From NCBI GenBank assembly GCA_964199315.1, contig OZ116698.1:5208001-5272000 (forward strand): a stretch of DNA of 64,000 nucleotides, written 5' to 3'. This DNA comes from Orbicella franksi. Its lineage: Eukaryota. A program made the position numbers and the translations under genes. Each line of letters opens with the position of its first letter. Positions within the stretch are counted from its first letter, which is position 1. Below, in pieces: positions 23,128 to 36,292 of the stretch. The notes below the pieces were generated by a model that saw only the letters and a list, made by a program, of their open reading frames with translations, had not been told where the DNA came from and did not search any database.

Positions 23128-24360
23128 ATAATGGCGTACGCACCACTCGGATGAGTTTGTGCCGGCACATTCCTTCCACAATCAACCTAGCCGGTGAGTT
23201 CATTCGTGTCTGGTATTCCAATCAGCCCAAAAACGTGTGGGAATTGTGGCTCTGAACACCACCTAGTGAAGGACTGTTCGTCTGTTCATCGTCTTAATTG
23301 TGAGCATTCTGGTCAATGTGCGGAAAACTGCGAAGAACGAGCCAAGTGCACTGTGTGTAAAGCCAATGACCACCAGCTGGCCAAATGCCCTTTGTCCTTT
23401 ACAGCACTAACGTCGACAGCGGTTTGAAAGAAGATGTAGAGAAGACAAGAGGAAAAGCAGAGGGTAAGGGTGAAATTTAAAGCGAAAATGGATCAGGCAA
23501 AGAAAAAGCAGCAAGAAGCAGAACAACAACAAGCTCGCATGCAAATAGAGGGTGGAAGATCGTGCGAACTGCGGCATGAGAAAGACTAGGGAAAAGAAAA
23601 GAACAAAGGGGCGAGGAGCAAAGAAGTGAGAAAGTCCAAGACTCAAGGGAGAAAGCAGAGCAGTGTGATGATAAACATTGGCAAGATGGATCAGCTTTGG
23701 AGAAAAGTGATGATGAGAGAGAAAGAGGAGATCGAAGAAGGTACGAATCATTGAGAGAAAAGAGAAGAAATCAGGATAGGGGAGACCGTGATTATTACCA
23801 CGATCGTGATTATTCACGAAGAGACTACAAGCGTGACCGTTCTTCCCACCGTAATTATTCAGACGACGACAACGACGATGAGAATACTGGATGGACTCAT
23901 GTTTCTTATAGACGTAGACACCGGTATGACTATTATTAGTTTTTTATGCAATGGATAAGCTCACAATTATTTCTTTTAATGTACAAGGACTCGGGTCCTC
24001 TGGTAAGTCTGTGAAGATTATTCATGAGCTAAGTCTTTTGAATTGTGATATTGCGCTTTTGCAGGAGATGCATGTCTCGTGCAAAAATCAAGCTGAGAAA
24101 TTTGAAAACTTTGGAAGGGCAAGTGTTTTTGGTCCTTTGGGATGGGCAAATCTGCCGGAGTTACCGTCCTTTTCTCTCTGAATTTTTCTGGTAAAGTTTT
24201 TTTTTTTTTGACCAATTCTCAGGGCAGGGTGTTGAGGTTATTGATTGATCTTAATGGTTTTAAACTTAATCTTGTTGATATTTATTCTCCTGTCATTTCT
24301 GATCGTAAAATTGTTTTCTCCTGTCTGCATGGAGGTGAGTATGGTGGTGTGTTTTTTCCT
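23128..24360 (+). pseudogene. Tx1 family C fragment: ORF1 3' half and ORF2 endonuclease start
   Basis: RVWYSNQPKTCGNCGSEHHLVKDC; R/D/E-rich tail; MDKLTIISFNVQGL...LLQEMHV; parallels 36870-39520. Confidence 0.8.
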
Positions 24361-24364
24361 ACAT

Positions 24365-24826
24365 GACCTTGTCACGCCATGGCTTTGAGCAAGCCACGTG
24401 CCCAATTTGCTCACCGGCGAACTGTATGTTTCCTCGTGGACAATGATGTCACGGACATTGACACGCTGAAAATCGTACATTCTGTAGTGGATTATGCTGG
24501 CGAAATCCAAGCATTGTCCCTCTCTTTGGTGGAAAATGCTTTGATATCACCTTGGCGAGCCCTGAAGCTGCTGTGAAATTGGCCCAGGAGGGCATTGATT
24601 ATGACCAGGTTCTTCTTGGAGAACGGAGCATTCATGTCTCTGTGTTCGTGTCGGTCGAATTCCCTGATGCCAACCTATTAAACTTGTTGGCCACGTACAG
24701 CAAACTAAAATCAAAAACTGTGTGACACCTTCGCTTCTCGGAGGAAGGTTTTATTCTTATTGAAAACGGCGTTGAGTTCACACGCATCAAGCATGACATT
24801 CCAAAACGCTTAGTCAACGCTTAGTC
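24365..24826 (+). pseudogene. Tx1 ORF1 N-terminal fragment of another lineage
   Basis: MALSKPRAQFAHRRTVCF...; continues in shifted frames with ...LLATYSKLKS...NGV; ends at an 11-bp tandem duplication. Confidence 0.55.
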
Positions 24827-24829
24827 AGT

Positions 24830-25520
24830 TTATTGAGGTGGTTGAGGTTTTGGAAGACTCTTCTCAAGAGGCTGTGTCATCTTAGGTTTCTTTGTTTTCT
24901 GAGTCTGAGGGCTCTATTCAAGAATTCTCTGAGGAAGAGTCTGCAGGTTCCCCTGCCTCCTTCTCTTCCCCCACCATCTCTTCTTTCACCAGCCCCTCTG
25001 GTAATTGTAGTGAAAGTATTCTTAAGGATATTCAGATTGTCTCTAGCGACCCTAAAGTGGTTGAGCAAATTCTAAGTAATGTATGTAGTGGTCTGATAGG
25101 GACAAATAATTCCAGTGATGGTCCAAATTTGGCCAGTAATAGTAGTGATGGTCCAAAGGTGACCAATAATACTAGTGATGGTCCAAAAGTGACCAATAAC
25201 AGTAGTAGTAATGGTCCAAAAGTGACCAAAAACAAAAATCCAAAAGTGTCCAGTCATCAAAGTAGTAGTAAGGTTAGTCCGAAAGTTGTTAAATCTGTCA
25301 GTTCTGACAGTGATTCTGAGTTCAAAAAGCCAATGACTGTTGCTAGTGGTGCCCCCAAATCCCCTGCGAGAGGCTCCCGCTCTTGCTCCCCTCTCCCCTC
25401 TGTGGGCTCTCACAAGTCTCTTCCATTGGTTGCTGGTTCTAGGCCAAGTTGTTCACGATAATTGCAATGTTTTGCTCACTCACCTTGGTAGTTATGGTGT
25501 TGTCCATGATTTCTCTTAAT
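24830..25520 (+). pseudogene. Family A-related ORF1 C-terminal fragment and ORF2 start
   Basis: Ser/Asn-rich region with GPKV repeats; ends at ATGGTGTTGTCCATGATTTCTCTTAAT (compare 14069). Confidence 0.75.
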
Positions 25521-26460
25521 AGGGACTTTAAGATCCAGGACGCGACGGCTCTAAGATGCCACCGGAAGTAAAATATCCAGGCAGGGTGCATAGTGTGCAT
25601 GCCCGAGGTGTTTTGTCAGTGACACCAAGCCGCGTCGAGAATGTCATTTGGCAAAATTTGGCGTTGTGTACAGAACATGAGTATAAAATCGTTTTTTTTG
25701 TCCATGAAAATAATGCTTTGTCTCCGTTAAACCTCTCAGGCTCTCAGTAGAGTTACTTAAAATCTTGGTGCTAAATTGCAGTCAATTTGGAAGGCAAAGA
25801 TGCGACAGTTGAGACATTTTTTATCTTATATTCACAGGTGAACAGCTGGTTGAAGTCTTTGATCGAAGTATGTCATCCTAGCCAAAACCTCCCTTGTAAA
25901 TGTTAACTTTATTTATGTCTATTGGAGTCGGTTGAACAAATCTTTGTATTTTTTACATGTGTTATGTTTGAGAAACATGTGTTATGTGTTGTTTTGCGGA
26001 CACTAAACGTGATTTCATTCAGTCGAAGTATTGAATTTAAGCTTACACTCTTGTTATTTTATTTTTAGCTCGCTGATGTTTTGGTCAAACGAGCATGACG
26101 TGTTGTTGTGCCGAGAAGTGGTAAATTTAAACCTTTTTACGTCCAAAAAAGGATCCACTCAAAGAAGTGGGATGTGGGAGAAAATAGCTCAAGTTTTGAA
26201 GGAATGTACCCTACTGAGATTCAGCGTTGACAAGCGATCGGTTTGTGATCACATGGGGATTCTCATAAACAAGCATAAAAGGAAGCTCAGAGCCAAGGAG
26301 AAAGCATCTGGTATAGTGCCCGACGAGCCAAGTGAACTGGAAAATCTTTTAGACACTATTATTGCTTTAGAAGAAAGTGCAGATGCCAAATCGCAGGAAT
26401 AAAGAGCAGAGAAAAATGAAAAATGTGAAAACGACAAGAGCAAGGCCAATGAAGTAAAAA
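25521..26460 (+). mobile_element. PIF/Harbinger element, left part with Myb/SANT-like ORF
   Basis: Left terminus AGGGACTTTAAGATCCAGGACGCGACGGC after TAAT; ORF 26076-26402 FWSNEHDVLLCREV...WEKIAQVL...KASG...SELENLL; no right TIR found. Confidence 0.65.
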
Positions 26461-26464
26461 GTGA

Positions 26465-28505
26465 AATTCAACATCAGGCTACCACTTATGTTGATTTTTT
26501 TACATCTACAAAAAATGACTCAAAGAAACTTAAAATACTGAAGAAACTCAAACAGAACAAAGACATCATTATCTTAAGACCAGATAAAGGAAACGGCATT
26601 GTTGTACTTGACAAGGTAGTCTACAATAATACTATTAGTAATTTGTTGAGTGACAACTCTAAATTTAAGAAATTGCAATCTGATTTAACCCAACGTAGAG
26701 ATCGTCAGTTACAACGTTATTTACGAAAACTCAAAAAAGAAGGTCTCTTCAGTACTGACACATATCATTATATTTATCCTACTGGTTCTCAACCAGCTAG
26801 ATTGTATGGTTTGCCCAAATTACAGAAGGTCAAAGATCCCAGTTCTACTACATCTCCTTTTAGACCTATTGTATCATCTATAGGCACATACAACTACAAC
26901 TTGGCCAAGTATCTTTGTTCATTACTCAAGCCCCACATCTCAGAGTTTTGTGACACATACATTTTCTTTTGTTAGAGAAATTCAAGATACAGATTTCAGT
27001 GATATGTTCTTGGTTTCACATGATGTTACTAGTCCTTTTACTAATATACCTTTGTCTGAAACCATTGATTCAGCTGTTAATTCAATGTTTGATAGTAACA
27101 CTGAGTCGGACTTAAAACTAAGCAAAATTCAACTTAAGGAACTCTTCAAATTTGCCACAAGTCACACCCATTTTTTATTCAACGGTTGCTTTTATGATCA
27201 AGTAGATGGAGTAGCTATGGGCTCACCTCTAGCCCCTGTATTAGCCAATTTCTTTATGGGTTACTATGAAAAGCTTTGGTTAGATAATTACATCGGTCCT
27301 AGAGTACTATACTTTCGCAGATATGTAGACGGTATTATTTGCTGTTTTAGAAACAGTGAACATGCCAATATGTTTTTTGAATACCTCAACATGTGCCATC
27401 CTAACATCAGGTTCACAATGGAAACAGAGGAAAAAGGTCAATTGCCATTTTTACATGTATTGTTATCCAAGCAGAGCACTAGTGACAATCAATGTTCTTG
27501 TGCCACTTCTGTTTTTCGGAAGAAGACTGGTTTACCAACTAATTTTTTTACCTTTACTCCCTTTAAGTACAAATTAGGTTTAATTAAAACTCTCATAGAC
27601 AGAGCCTACAAAATTAACAACACTACTCAGGGCTTTCAAAATGACATCAAAAACCTCTGTAATTTTGAAACATAATTTGTTTCCAAGTTGGCTTATTGAC
27701 AAGTTGGTTAAGAGTTATCTCAAAAAGATCAAAACCACAGAACAGGATGTAGATACTGCCACATCTGACACGTCCAAATGCCGTTTTTATAAACTACCAT
27801 ATATTGGTTTTTACTCTACCTACACTGGGAAGAAAATTTTGTCTATTATTAATAAGTATTGCAAAGATTTAAATGTAAAAGTTATATTCTCTCCTTTCAA
27901 ACTTAGCAGTATGTTTAGTCCTAAATATTTTATTCCCGAGTCTCTTAAATCACGTGTTGTGTACCAATTTACGTGTGTGAGCTGTGGAGCTCGTTATATC
28001 GGTAAACCAATAGGCATTTTCATACACGTGTTAATGAACATCTTTTTCAGGACAAAAATTCCCATGTTTTTAAACATCTCAATTGTTCTAAGCATTGTTG
28101 AGACAATTGTGATGCCTCCAGTTTTAAAATTATTGATTTTGCTAAGACTTTCTCACAACTTAAAATCAAGGAGAGTTTTCATATTGATTGGTTACATCCA
28201 GAACTCAACAAACAAGTTGAGCATGTCAATTTATCGTTACACTTTTAAATGTATCTATTTCAGCTTAGTGGTTTTTCACTATTGTTCTTTTTAAAATTTT
28301 TATTGGTTAGTTTAAATAAGTTTGCATTTTACGTTAATTTAAATTTAAAAAGGCTCATTGTATAGGCTGTTACATACATAATAACGATCTTTCTGTAAAC
28401 GTTATATATTCATTATGGCTGATGATGATGTTTGAAACATCGAAACATGTTCCGAAAACTGAAGTGTTGTGTTTTTAAAAATATTTATCTCTCTCCATTT
28501 TTCAA
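26465..28505 (+). mobile_element. Penelope-like element (RT plus GIY-YIG), degenerate
   Basis: LRPDKGNGIVVLDK, PARLYGLPK, RPIVSSIGTYNYNLAKYL, GVAMGSPLAP, RRYVD; VVYQFTCVSCGARYIG. Confidence 0.92.
28413..28457 (+). ncRNA. Minimal hammerhead-ribozyme motif in the Penelope terminal region
   Basis: GG-CTGATGA-T-GATGTT/AACATC stem II-GAAA-CATGTT-CC; the cleavage triplet reads GUU and stem I is imperfect. Confidence 0.6.
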
Positions 28506-28509
28506 CCTT

Positions 28510-29262
28510 TCTCAGGGTGTCAGACAGAGCTGACCCTGTCTTCACTGTTGTATGTCCTTGTGCCCCAGGTGCTTGCGGTCAACATTTGTTGTAACCCTCG
28601 CATCTCTGGTCTTTGTCTTCCAGGCTCTGCCCCTCTATTGCCCATCTCACAGTATGCAGATGACACGTCTCTTATTCTTACCTCAGATGATTACATCAAA
28701 GCCATGTTTGAGACGTACGCTCTTTTTGAGAAGCCTCTGGTGCCAAGCTTAATCAATACAAGTCGATCCATCGATCCATCGATCCAAATCTTTTGGAGTG
28801 GTAAACATGAGCTGGTCTTTCGTTCCACTGTTCCTCAGTCTCCGCTTTTTGGTGGCTTTTCTGTAGTTGATGTCAAACTTAAAGTGCGGTCCCTTCTCAG
28901 TCAATGGGTGAGGTGGATTGCCTCTTCCCCTTCCGGCTGGGTCACTTTTATGTCTTATTGGTTCAACTATTGGTTTGATGCCTCTCCTTTAGAGGTGCTA
29001 TCTGATCCATTCTCTCTCAGTCCTTGGGTCTTCCTTCCATTTTATAAATCTCTTTTGCTTTCTTGGCGTAGTCTTCATGGTTACTTCTCCGCTTCTAGCA
29101 ACTTGCTCGTGTTTGGTTCTTCATCGTGTCATCTTTGTTCTTCTATCTCCAATATGTCCACTGAAATCTGTGATCAATATTTGCTCTCGGAGACATCGTC
29201 TCACCGCATTATGTTGAGAAGTTTGTGCCCACGTTTGGTGTCCTTCATTAGTCTACCCCGTG
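28510..29262 (+). pseudogene. Tx1 ORF2 remnant (RT and downstream region), A/D-like, internally deleted
   Basis: LYVLVPQVLAVNI...PISQYADDTSLI; FWSGKHELV; GGFSVVDVKLKV. Confidence 0.8.
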
Positions 29263-29581
29263 GCATAGTTTTGCACACTTTAAGCTGCTTGAAAACTGTT
29301 GTGCAAGGCAGAATTCATTTTGCTTCCAATCATTTGATTTCACACAAGCCAATTTGATGTCATAAATAACCGTTTTGCACGCGAATGTTAGTGCGCAACA
29401 CTGAGATTCCAATTTATCCCGCAATCATTTGACGGGTATTTTTCATGTTTTCTAGCTATCTTTTGAGCCTCACGATTTCCGTAAAAAGTTATTTGTGCTT
29501 TCCAGCCACTGGAATAGCCAAAGTTGATAGTAAAAGAAAGAAAAATGAACATATGCAAAATAAAACGGCCGAGAAAATGAA

Positions 29582-29700
29582 AAGTCTACAACACGGGGTA
29601 TTCCCAGGCAGTCACCCATCCAAGTACTAAGCCCGCCTGACAGGGCTTAACTTCGGTGATCGGACAAGAACCGTGCTTTCCCTGTGGTATGGTCATAGAC
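29582..29700 (-). rRNA. 5S: 5S rRNA gene copy (possibly a pseudogene)
   Basis: Reverse complement GTCTATGACCATACCACAGGG...GTTAAGCC...GGATGGGTGACTGCCTGGGAATACCCCGTGTTGTAGACTT followed by a TTTT terminator. Confidence 0.97.
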
Positions 29701-30147
29701 AAGAGAAAGGACTGGAAATTTACTCTTTTAAACGAGCCACCAAAGCAAAAGCAAAGCAATAATACCAACCAGCAACTTTTAGCAGGCATTTCTTGACTTC
29801 TCTGCAAGTTGTATGCATGTGGAGAGTGAATGTTGATAACATAGCCGTTGCTTTCTGCCTGTGTCTGTAACGCTATCTTAGTAACAGAGTCATTACGGGT
29901 CTTTAACATGTTGCTTCATTTTGGAGGGTAAAAAGGTGTTTCATTTCACTCACCCCTGGAGGGATGTTATCAACTTTGCTGCTGATTTTTGTGGACTTCT
30001 GCTGTAGAACAAGTGTGTCTACGTTGGCAACTTGCCCCATAGCTGTGGCCTACAGTCGGTTCCAGGCCCCTAAGCGACAGCATATTGACCACCATATCTC
30101 AAAGACGGAAACCCTGGACCACCCTCCTAGGAGAGGGAAGGTCCAGT

Positions 30148-30184
30148 GTTGCTTCTTGGCCTTTTGGCTAAGATCAAGTGTAGT
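30148..30184 (+). ncRNA. U2: U2 snRNA 5' fragment (nt 1-37), PSE at 30089-30104
   Basis: GTTGCTTCTTGGCCTTTTGGCTAAGATCAAGTGTAGT followed by retroelement sequence. Confidence 0.93.
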
Positions 30185-33100
30185 GTTACAGTTTTCCATG
30201 TGCTTTTTTCCTATCCCAAAATGCAAGTGGCACCCAATCCAGCGCCCACTTTGCAAAATGGACGTGACGTGAATGCTTCAGGACATGCTATACAGCATGA
30301 TTTTTTGAGTCCTTTGTTGCCTTCAGGCACTTCTTGTTTTTCCTCCGAGCCAATAACTTCACCATCTGTTCATAATGTAATTGCTGTTGAGCTCCAGCTG
30401 CTCCAGGTGCCTATGCTGATGTTGTCTGTCAACCTGAGAATTCCTCTGAACCGGTTGCTTATGTTCCTGACCCACAGAATGATTTGCCAACTCGACCTCT
30501 ATCTGTTTTTTTAAACCCGCGATCAAGAATCCCAGCTCAAGAAGTTTTCGAGGCCTTACAAGCCTCTGGTTTAGATAATACAAGTGTTTCGTGCATCCAG
30601 CATCAATCTTCTGGTGAAATCATTTTGACTTTCCATAATGCCCAAGCCAAAGAACAGTTCCTCAGCAACAATGTTGTCAAAATCATGACCAACCCTTTGT
30701 ACTTCAGGATATTGACCGTCCTCTTACGTACCTGCAGATTTTTGATGTTCCACATGAAATGGCTGATGCCACCATTATTCAGAGATTGGCTAAATATTGT
30801 GATGTCCTCCACCACCGCCGAGGTTATTTTCGTGATCAGGGCTGGGAACACGTTCAGGATGGAGTCCGCCACTATGGAGTTTGGATCAAACAGCCTATCC
30901 CAAACTACATCCGTTTTGCTACAATCTTAGTTCATTTTCATTACGAGGGTCAACCGCGTACATGCCACCACTGCAACCACAACAGCCACTATGTTGATGC
31001 GTGCCACTCGATCATCTGTTACAACTGTGAAGAACTTGGCCATGTTGTGTCAGAATGTCCCACTGAAGTTTTATGCAATATCTGTAAACAACCTGACCAC
31101 TGTGCTAAAACCTGTCCCTACTCGTGGTCCCGCCAAATTGAACATGATGAAGCAGAGAACGTAGATCCCCAGGACGACACTTCCCCAAAACACCTGCTGA
31201 GACTGAACCATCCACAGATGATCACCTGGATCAGTCTGAACCTTCGGGGTTCTCTGAAGACAGCCCGGAACAACAGTCACCTTCTGAAAGCCCCAAGCTT
31301 TTTGAGAACACCCCACAGACAGTGGAGCCCACGCCGAAACCACAACGCTCAAAATCTGGCTCCCGGAGACAACCAGCGCAAATTCAACCTACAGTTATTC
31401 CCTCCAGAACCCCTACGCAACCTGTACTCATCTCCGAAAAACCTTGCGAAGATCACACTGAGAAGACTGACACTGTTATAAACCGACTCGACAATGAATT
31501 AAAACAGAAAGCAATGACCGACAGCGTACAAACAAACATAAGAAGCATAAATAGGTATCTCCTTATTTAATTTGATTCCTTCTTTTATTATCTAACTTCC
31601 ATCGGATAATTCAAGCTAAATTATCCACCTTAAATGCACATGGTCTCGGCAACGATGCCAAACTAAATTGTATTTCGAAGTCCGACTTTGTCTGCAAGAA
31701 ACTGGCACCACAACCTGATGTAGTCGCATCCTTACGATCAAAATGGTCCAGTAGAAGCTTCTGGTCACCTGTGCTCGGTAAACAGGGAGGTGTAGCTATT
31801 TTGGTTTCTCCTAAGACTGAATTTGAGGTATTGCAATGGAAGAAAGATACATCTGGCAGGGTTTTGAGCATTCTCGCCCATTTACGCGAGACTAATTATA
31901 ATTTTGTAAATGTTTGCACACCGACTAACCCGAGTGAGAGGAATAGTTTTTTGATTCTATTAGAGATTATTTTTGCCAGAACTCTGCCAAGATTTTGGCA
32001 GGGGATTTTAACTGTATTGAAAGCGAGAAAGATAAAATTCGGCGGCAATTTTGTTTCTGCTAATGAATAGAAAGAGTTACGCAGGAATGCGCGCCTAGTA
32101 GACATGTGGAGGAAAATACACGGTAATCTCAACCAGTGCACTTTGTTTAATGCATCTAAATCCATTGGTTCGAGATTAGATAAATTTTTGATTGCCCAAG
32201 ATTTAGTCCCCACTGTGACTAGTTGTGAAATTTTGCCTTCCTTCTTTTCCGATCACGACTCTGTTGATTTAATCTTTGATGTGAAAGATTTTTCCTCTGA
32301 TAGTCCTTATGTCTGGCAGCTAAATTTAGGTTTGCGTCAGGACACTCACTTTTGCGAAATGACAACTAAAACGATTTCTGAACGTGTGGAATATCAGCGA
32401 TGTTTTTCTTCCTTACATGACTGGTGGGATTTTTTGAAGAATTCTTTTAGAGATATTGCTCAGGATTTTAGCAAACAGAAACAAAGGAATCTGAATCGTG
32501 AGAAAATGACAGCAACCAATTTACTGACAAAAGCTAACCATGACCTTATCGCTGGCAATTTTTTGGCGATTAATCTGCTTCAAAATGAAGCTGTTAAAAT
32601 CCGTAGCCGAGCTCAGTGGCTAGGAGAATGACTCATGAAATATTTTTTGCGCTTAAGTCAAGACACGCGGAAAAGAATACTGTTGAAGTTATTTACAATG
32701 CTGATGGGGTCAAAGTCTCCTCACAACAGGAAATTGAAACCGCTCATTATGCTTTCTACCAGAAATTGTACTCTTGTGAAGGAGTAGATTTTCACATTCA
32801 ACACAATTTTTTGTCTAACCTTGATGTTCTCCTGAATGATACTGATAGAACTCTTTGCGAACGTGCCTTATCGGCTGACGAAATCTTCCATGTGGTCCAC
32901 AGTTTGTCTCAAGGGAAAACTCCTGGCTCAGACGGATTCCCTCAGAAATTTTATGTTAAATTCTGGGATCAGCTGTGCCCAATTTTGCTCGAGCTCAATA
33001 ATTTCAGTCTCGAGCAGGGATTCCTTAGCTCTTCCATGCAAGAAAGTGTCACGCCTGATTTTTAAGAAAGGTGATCCAAAAAATCTGAAAAATTCGAGAC

Positions 33101-35190
33101 CTATTTCCTTACTGAATGTTGATTATAAGATCTTGTCAAAAGCCTTAACATACCGTTTGTCAAAAGTTTTAACATCGATCATTCGGGAGGATCAAACCTG
33201 CTCCATCCCGGGACGAACAATCTTTGATAATTTACCACTATTTTGAGACTCTTTAGATTATGTTACTCTGACTAATGAGACAGGTATTTTGGTGAGTTTA
33301 GATCAAGGGAAAGCTTTTGATACAGTTGATCGTTCCTTCCTGAGCAATGTCTTACAGAAATTTGGCTTTGGCCCTGTTTTCCATCGATGGATTTTGGTTT
33401 TGTATCAAGACGCTATAATGAGAATTTTAGTAAATGGCTTCCTGACTGACAAAATCTCACTAGAACATGGGGTCTGGCAGGGAGACCCCCTGTCTCCCTT
33501 GCTGTATATTTTATGCGCTGAGGTTTTCGCTACTAATATCCGAGCGGAAATAAGAATCAAGGTTTCTTGCTCCCTGGGGCTCAAGGCCAGCAGTTTAAGA
33601 TTAGACAGTATGCTGATGATTCCTCCTGTTTTGTCAAGGATTTATTCTCTCTCAGTGTTCTGTTTCCATACTCAAAAGGTATGAGCTAGGATCAGGAGCT
33701 AAGTTGAAATATTGTAAAACTGAAGCTATGTGGTTAGGGGCATGGCATGCACGCCCTGATACGCCTTGAGATCTCACATGGGTCACTAAAATGAAGATTC
33801 TTGGTGTGTGGTACAGCAACGGTCTTGCTAACGTTGACCCAGATAATTGGCAATCTAAATTAAACAAACTAAAAAAGAATTTGAACCTATGGAAGTCCAG
33901 GTCATTGTCGTATGTTGGCAAAGTCCTGATAATTAATGTTCTTGGAGCCAGTAAGTTTTGGTTTCTGGCTAAGATATTGCCCGCACTGGAGTGGGTTATT
34001 TCTCGGTTCAAGACTCTAGTTTTCTCATTTTTGTGGAATTCTAAAATAGAAACTGTCAGCCGGCAGACTCTGTCGGCTCCAACCAAAGACGGTGACCTAG
34101 GATTAATAGACTTCCATTCTAAGAGTAAAGATGTCCTTGGTAGCTTCCACCATAGTTAGGCAGAATTCTAAGACATTTTATTTAACTAAGTATTTTGTGG
34201 GCTCGCAGCTGGCCAAACTACTGCCGAAGTGGTCTCATCTCACAGACAACTCTAGCCCTAGAGCTTTGAAATCCACCCCTTTTTACACTCAGTGTCTTAA
34301 GATTATCACTGGATTGGAATGTGTGATCAATAACCAAAGCAATTTTACATATGTGCCAAGAGTTTTTATGTACAATTATTACAGGAAACAGTGTCCACTA
34401 CCCTCTTGCCTGTTTATTGGCGATTGTTTATTGGTTACGATTTATCTATATGAAGTCATTGGTCCTCAGTGTGAGATCATTTTACTGAGAACTTTAAGAA
34501 TGATATTGCTTGGTTAATTACCCTTAGAGGAATTAAGATTCGTAACTCTCTCAAGTCATGGCGCTATATTACTACTGATACTTGTGCCTGCTGTCAATGT
34601 AAAGAAACAATTGACCACTGTTTCCTAAATTGTCCCAGGGCAAAGGATGTGTGGTTGGTCTTTGCCCCACTCTCTCTGCCCTTTTAAAGATTTCATTTGT
34701 CGCTAATGTTAAGACTATTTTCTTTTATCTCTGGGCCCCTACTGGACCCATCAGAAACCACCGAGCTTTGTATATTATTATGACTATACTTTATGGTCTC
34801 TGGACCTTTCAAAATAAAGCAACTTTTCACATTGGCACCAAATCCCCCCAGGCCGTTGTACGATATATCAACCAAGATATCACAACTAGGCTTCAGGTTG
34901 ACTTCAGTCGTTACTCTACCGATTGTTTTACTAAGCTGTGGTGTCACCTCAAGCTCTGTGTTATTGATAATAGTAAATTAGTTATCTATCTCTCATCCAC
35001 TAGTGTCTCTTAACAAATTCCTTGGTCCATAGCAACTGCAATAGACTTTTGAAATCTCACCGGAAATGACATGTAAAACAGAAAGGACTTGTTTATTTTT
35101 AATCGGAAGTCTACTGACTATGATATTTAATCTGATAGCATCTTGGAACAAAGGATATTAGTTGGAATAAAATTTTCAAGAAAGAAAAAA
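30185..35190 (+). mobile_element. Full-length Keno-like Tx1 element, family B2 copy 2, splitting a U2 gene
   Basis: U2 nt 1-37 on the left, A-rich tail plus U2 nt 41+ on the right; ORF1 ~30258-31550 and ORF2 ~31610-35013, both with many lesions. Confidence 0.93.
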
Positions 35191-35326
35191 TGTTCTTATC
35201 AGCTTAATATCTAATACGCTGCTCATTGAGCAGCTCGTATATTAAACTGATTTTTTGGAACTGGGCTGTGGAAAAGAGGCTTGCCTCCTCCCAGCCACAG
35301 GTTGCCTCAGTATAGCACCACCTCCG
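35191..35326 (+). ncRNA. U2: U2 snRNA 3' fragment (nt 41 onward, last ~14 nt missing)
   Basis: TGTTCTTATCAGCTTAATATCT...GATTTTTTGG...GTATAGCACCACCTCCG. Confidence 0.93.
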
Positions 35327-35409
35327 TGTTTACCATTCATTTGCAAATGGCTCGTGTGTGTTGTATGCTTTGCTGTTGTTGATCGGTTGCATTTCTTTGG
35401 GAATTGACG

Positions 35410-36292
35410 TAGTTTTCTGCACTTTAAGCTGCTTGAAAACTGTTGTGCGAGGCAGAATTCATTTTGCTTTCAATCATCTGATGTCACACAAGCCAATTTG
35501 ATGTCATAAATAACCATTATGCATGCGAACGTTACTGAGCGAGACTTAGATTCCAATTTATCCTGTGATCGTTTCACGGGTACTTTTCATGTTTTCTAGC
35601 TATCTTTTGAGCCTCCTGATTTCTGTAAAAAGTTATTTGTGCTTTCCAGCCACTGGAATAGCCAAAGTTGGTAGTAAAAGAAAGAAAAATGAACATATGC
35701 AAAATAAAACGGCCGAGAAAATGAAAAGTCTACAACACGGGGTATTCCCAGGCAGTCACCCATCCAAGTACTAACCCGCCTGAAAGGGCTTAACTTCGGT
35801 GATGGGATAAGAACTGGTGCTTTCCCTGTGGTATGGTCGTAGACAAGAGAAAGGGCTGAAAATTTAGTCTTTTGAACGAGTCACCAAAGCAAAAGCAAAG
35901 CAATAATACCAACCAGCAATCTTTTAGCAGGCATTTCTTGACTTCTATGCAAGTTGTATGCATGTGGAGAGCGAATGTTGATAACATAGCCCTTGTTTTC
36001 TGCCTGTGTCTGTAGCGCTATCTTAGTAACGGAGTCGCTATGGCTCTTGAACATGTTGCCTCGTTTTGGAGGGTAAAAAGGTGTTTCATTTCACTCACCC
36101 CTGGAGGGATGTTATCAACTTTGCTGCTGATTTTTGTGGACTTCTGCTGTAGACCAAGTGCGTCTACCTCGGCAACTTGCTCCATAGCGTCAGCCTACAG
36201 TCGGTTCCGGGCCCTGCAGCGACAGCATATTGACTACCATATTTCAAAGATGGAAACCCTGGACCACCCTCCTAGGGGAGGGAAGGTCCGGT
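35410..36292. repeat. Second copy of the spacer-5S-spacer-U2 promoter unit (first copy ~29265-30147)
   Basis: Collinear and highly similar over ~900 bp by visual alignment. Confidence 0.92.
35726..35844 (-). rRNA. 5S: 5S rRNA gene copy 2 (possibly a pseudogene)
   Basis: About 7 differences from copy 1; boxes A and C intact; TTTT terminator. Confidence 0.97.

Noticed and set aside
35337-35350. Octamer-like ATTTGCAAAT as an snRNA distal element
   Set aside because: Imperfect, single, and not at the expected distance upstream of any snRNA start.
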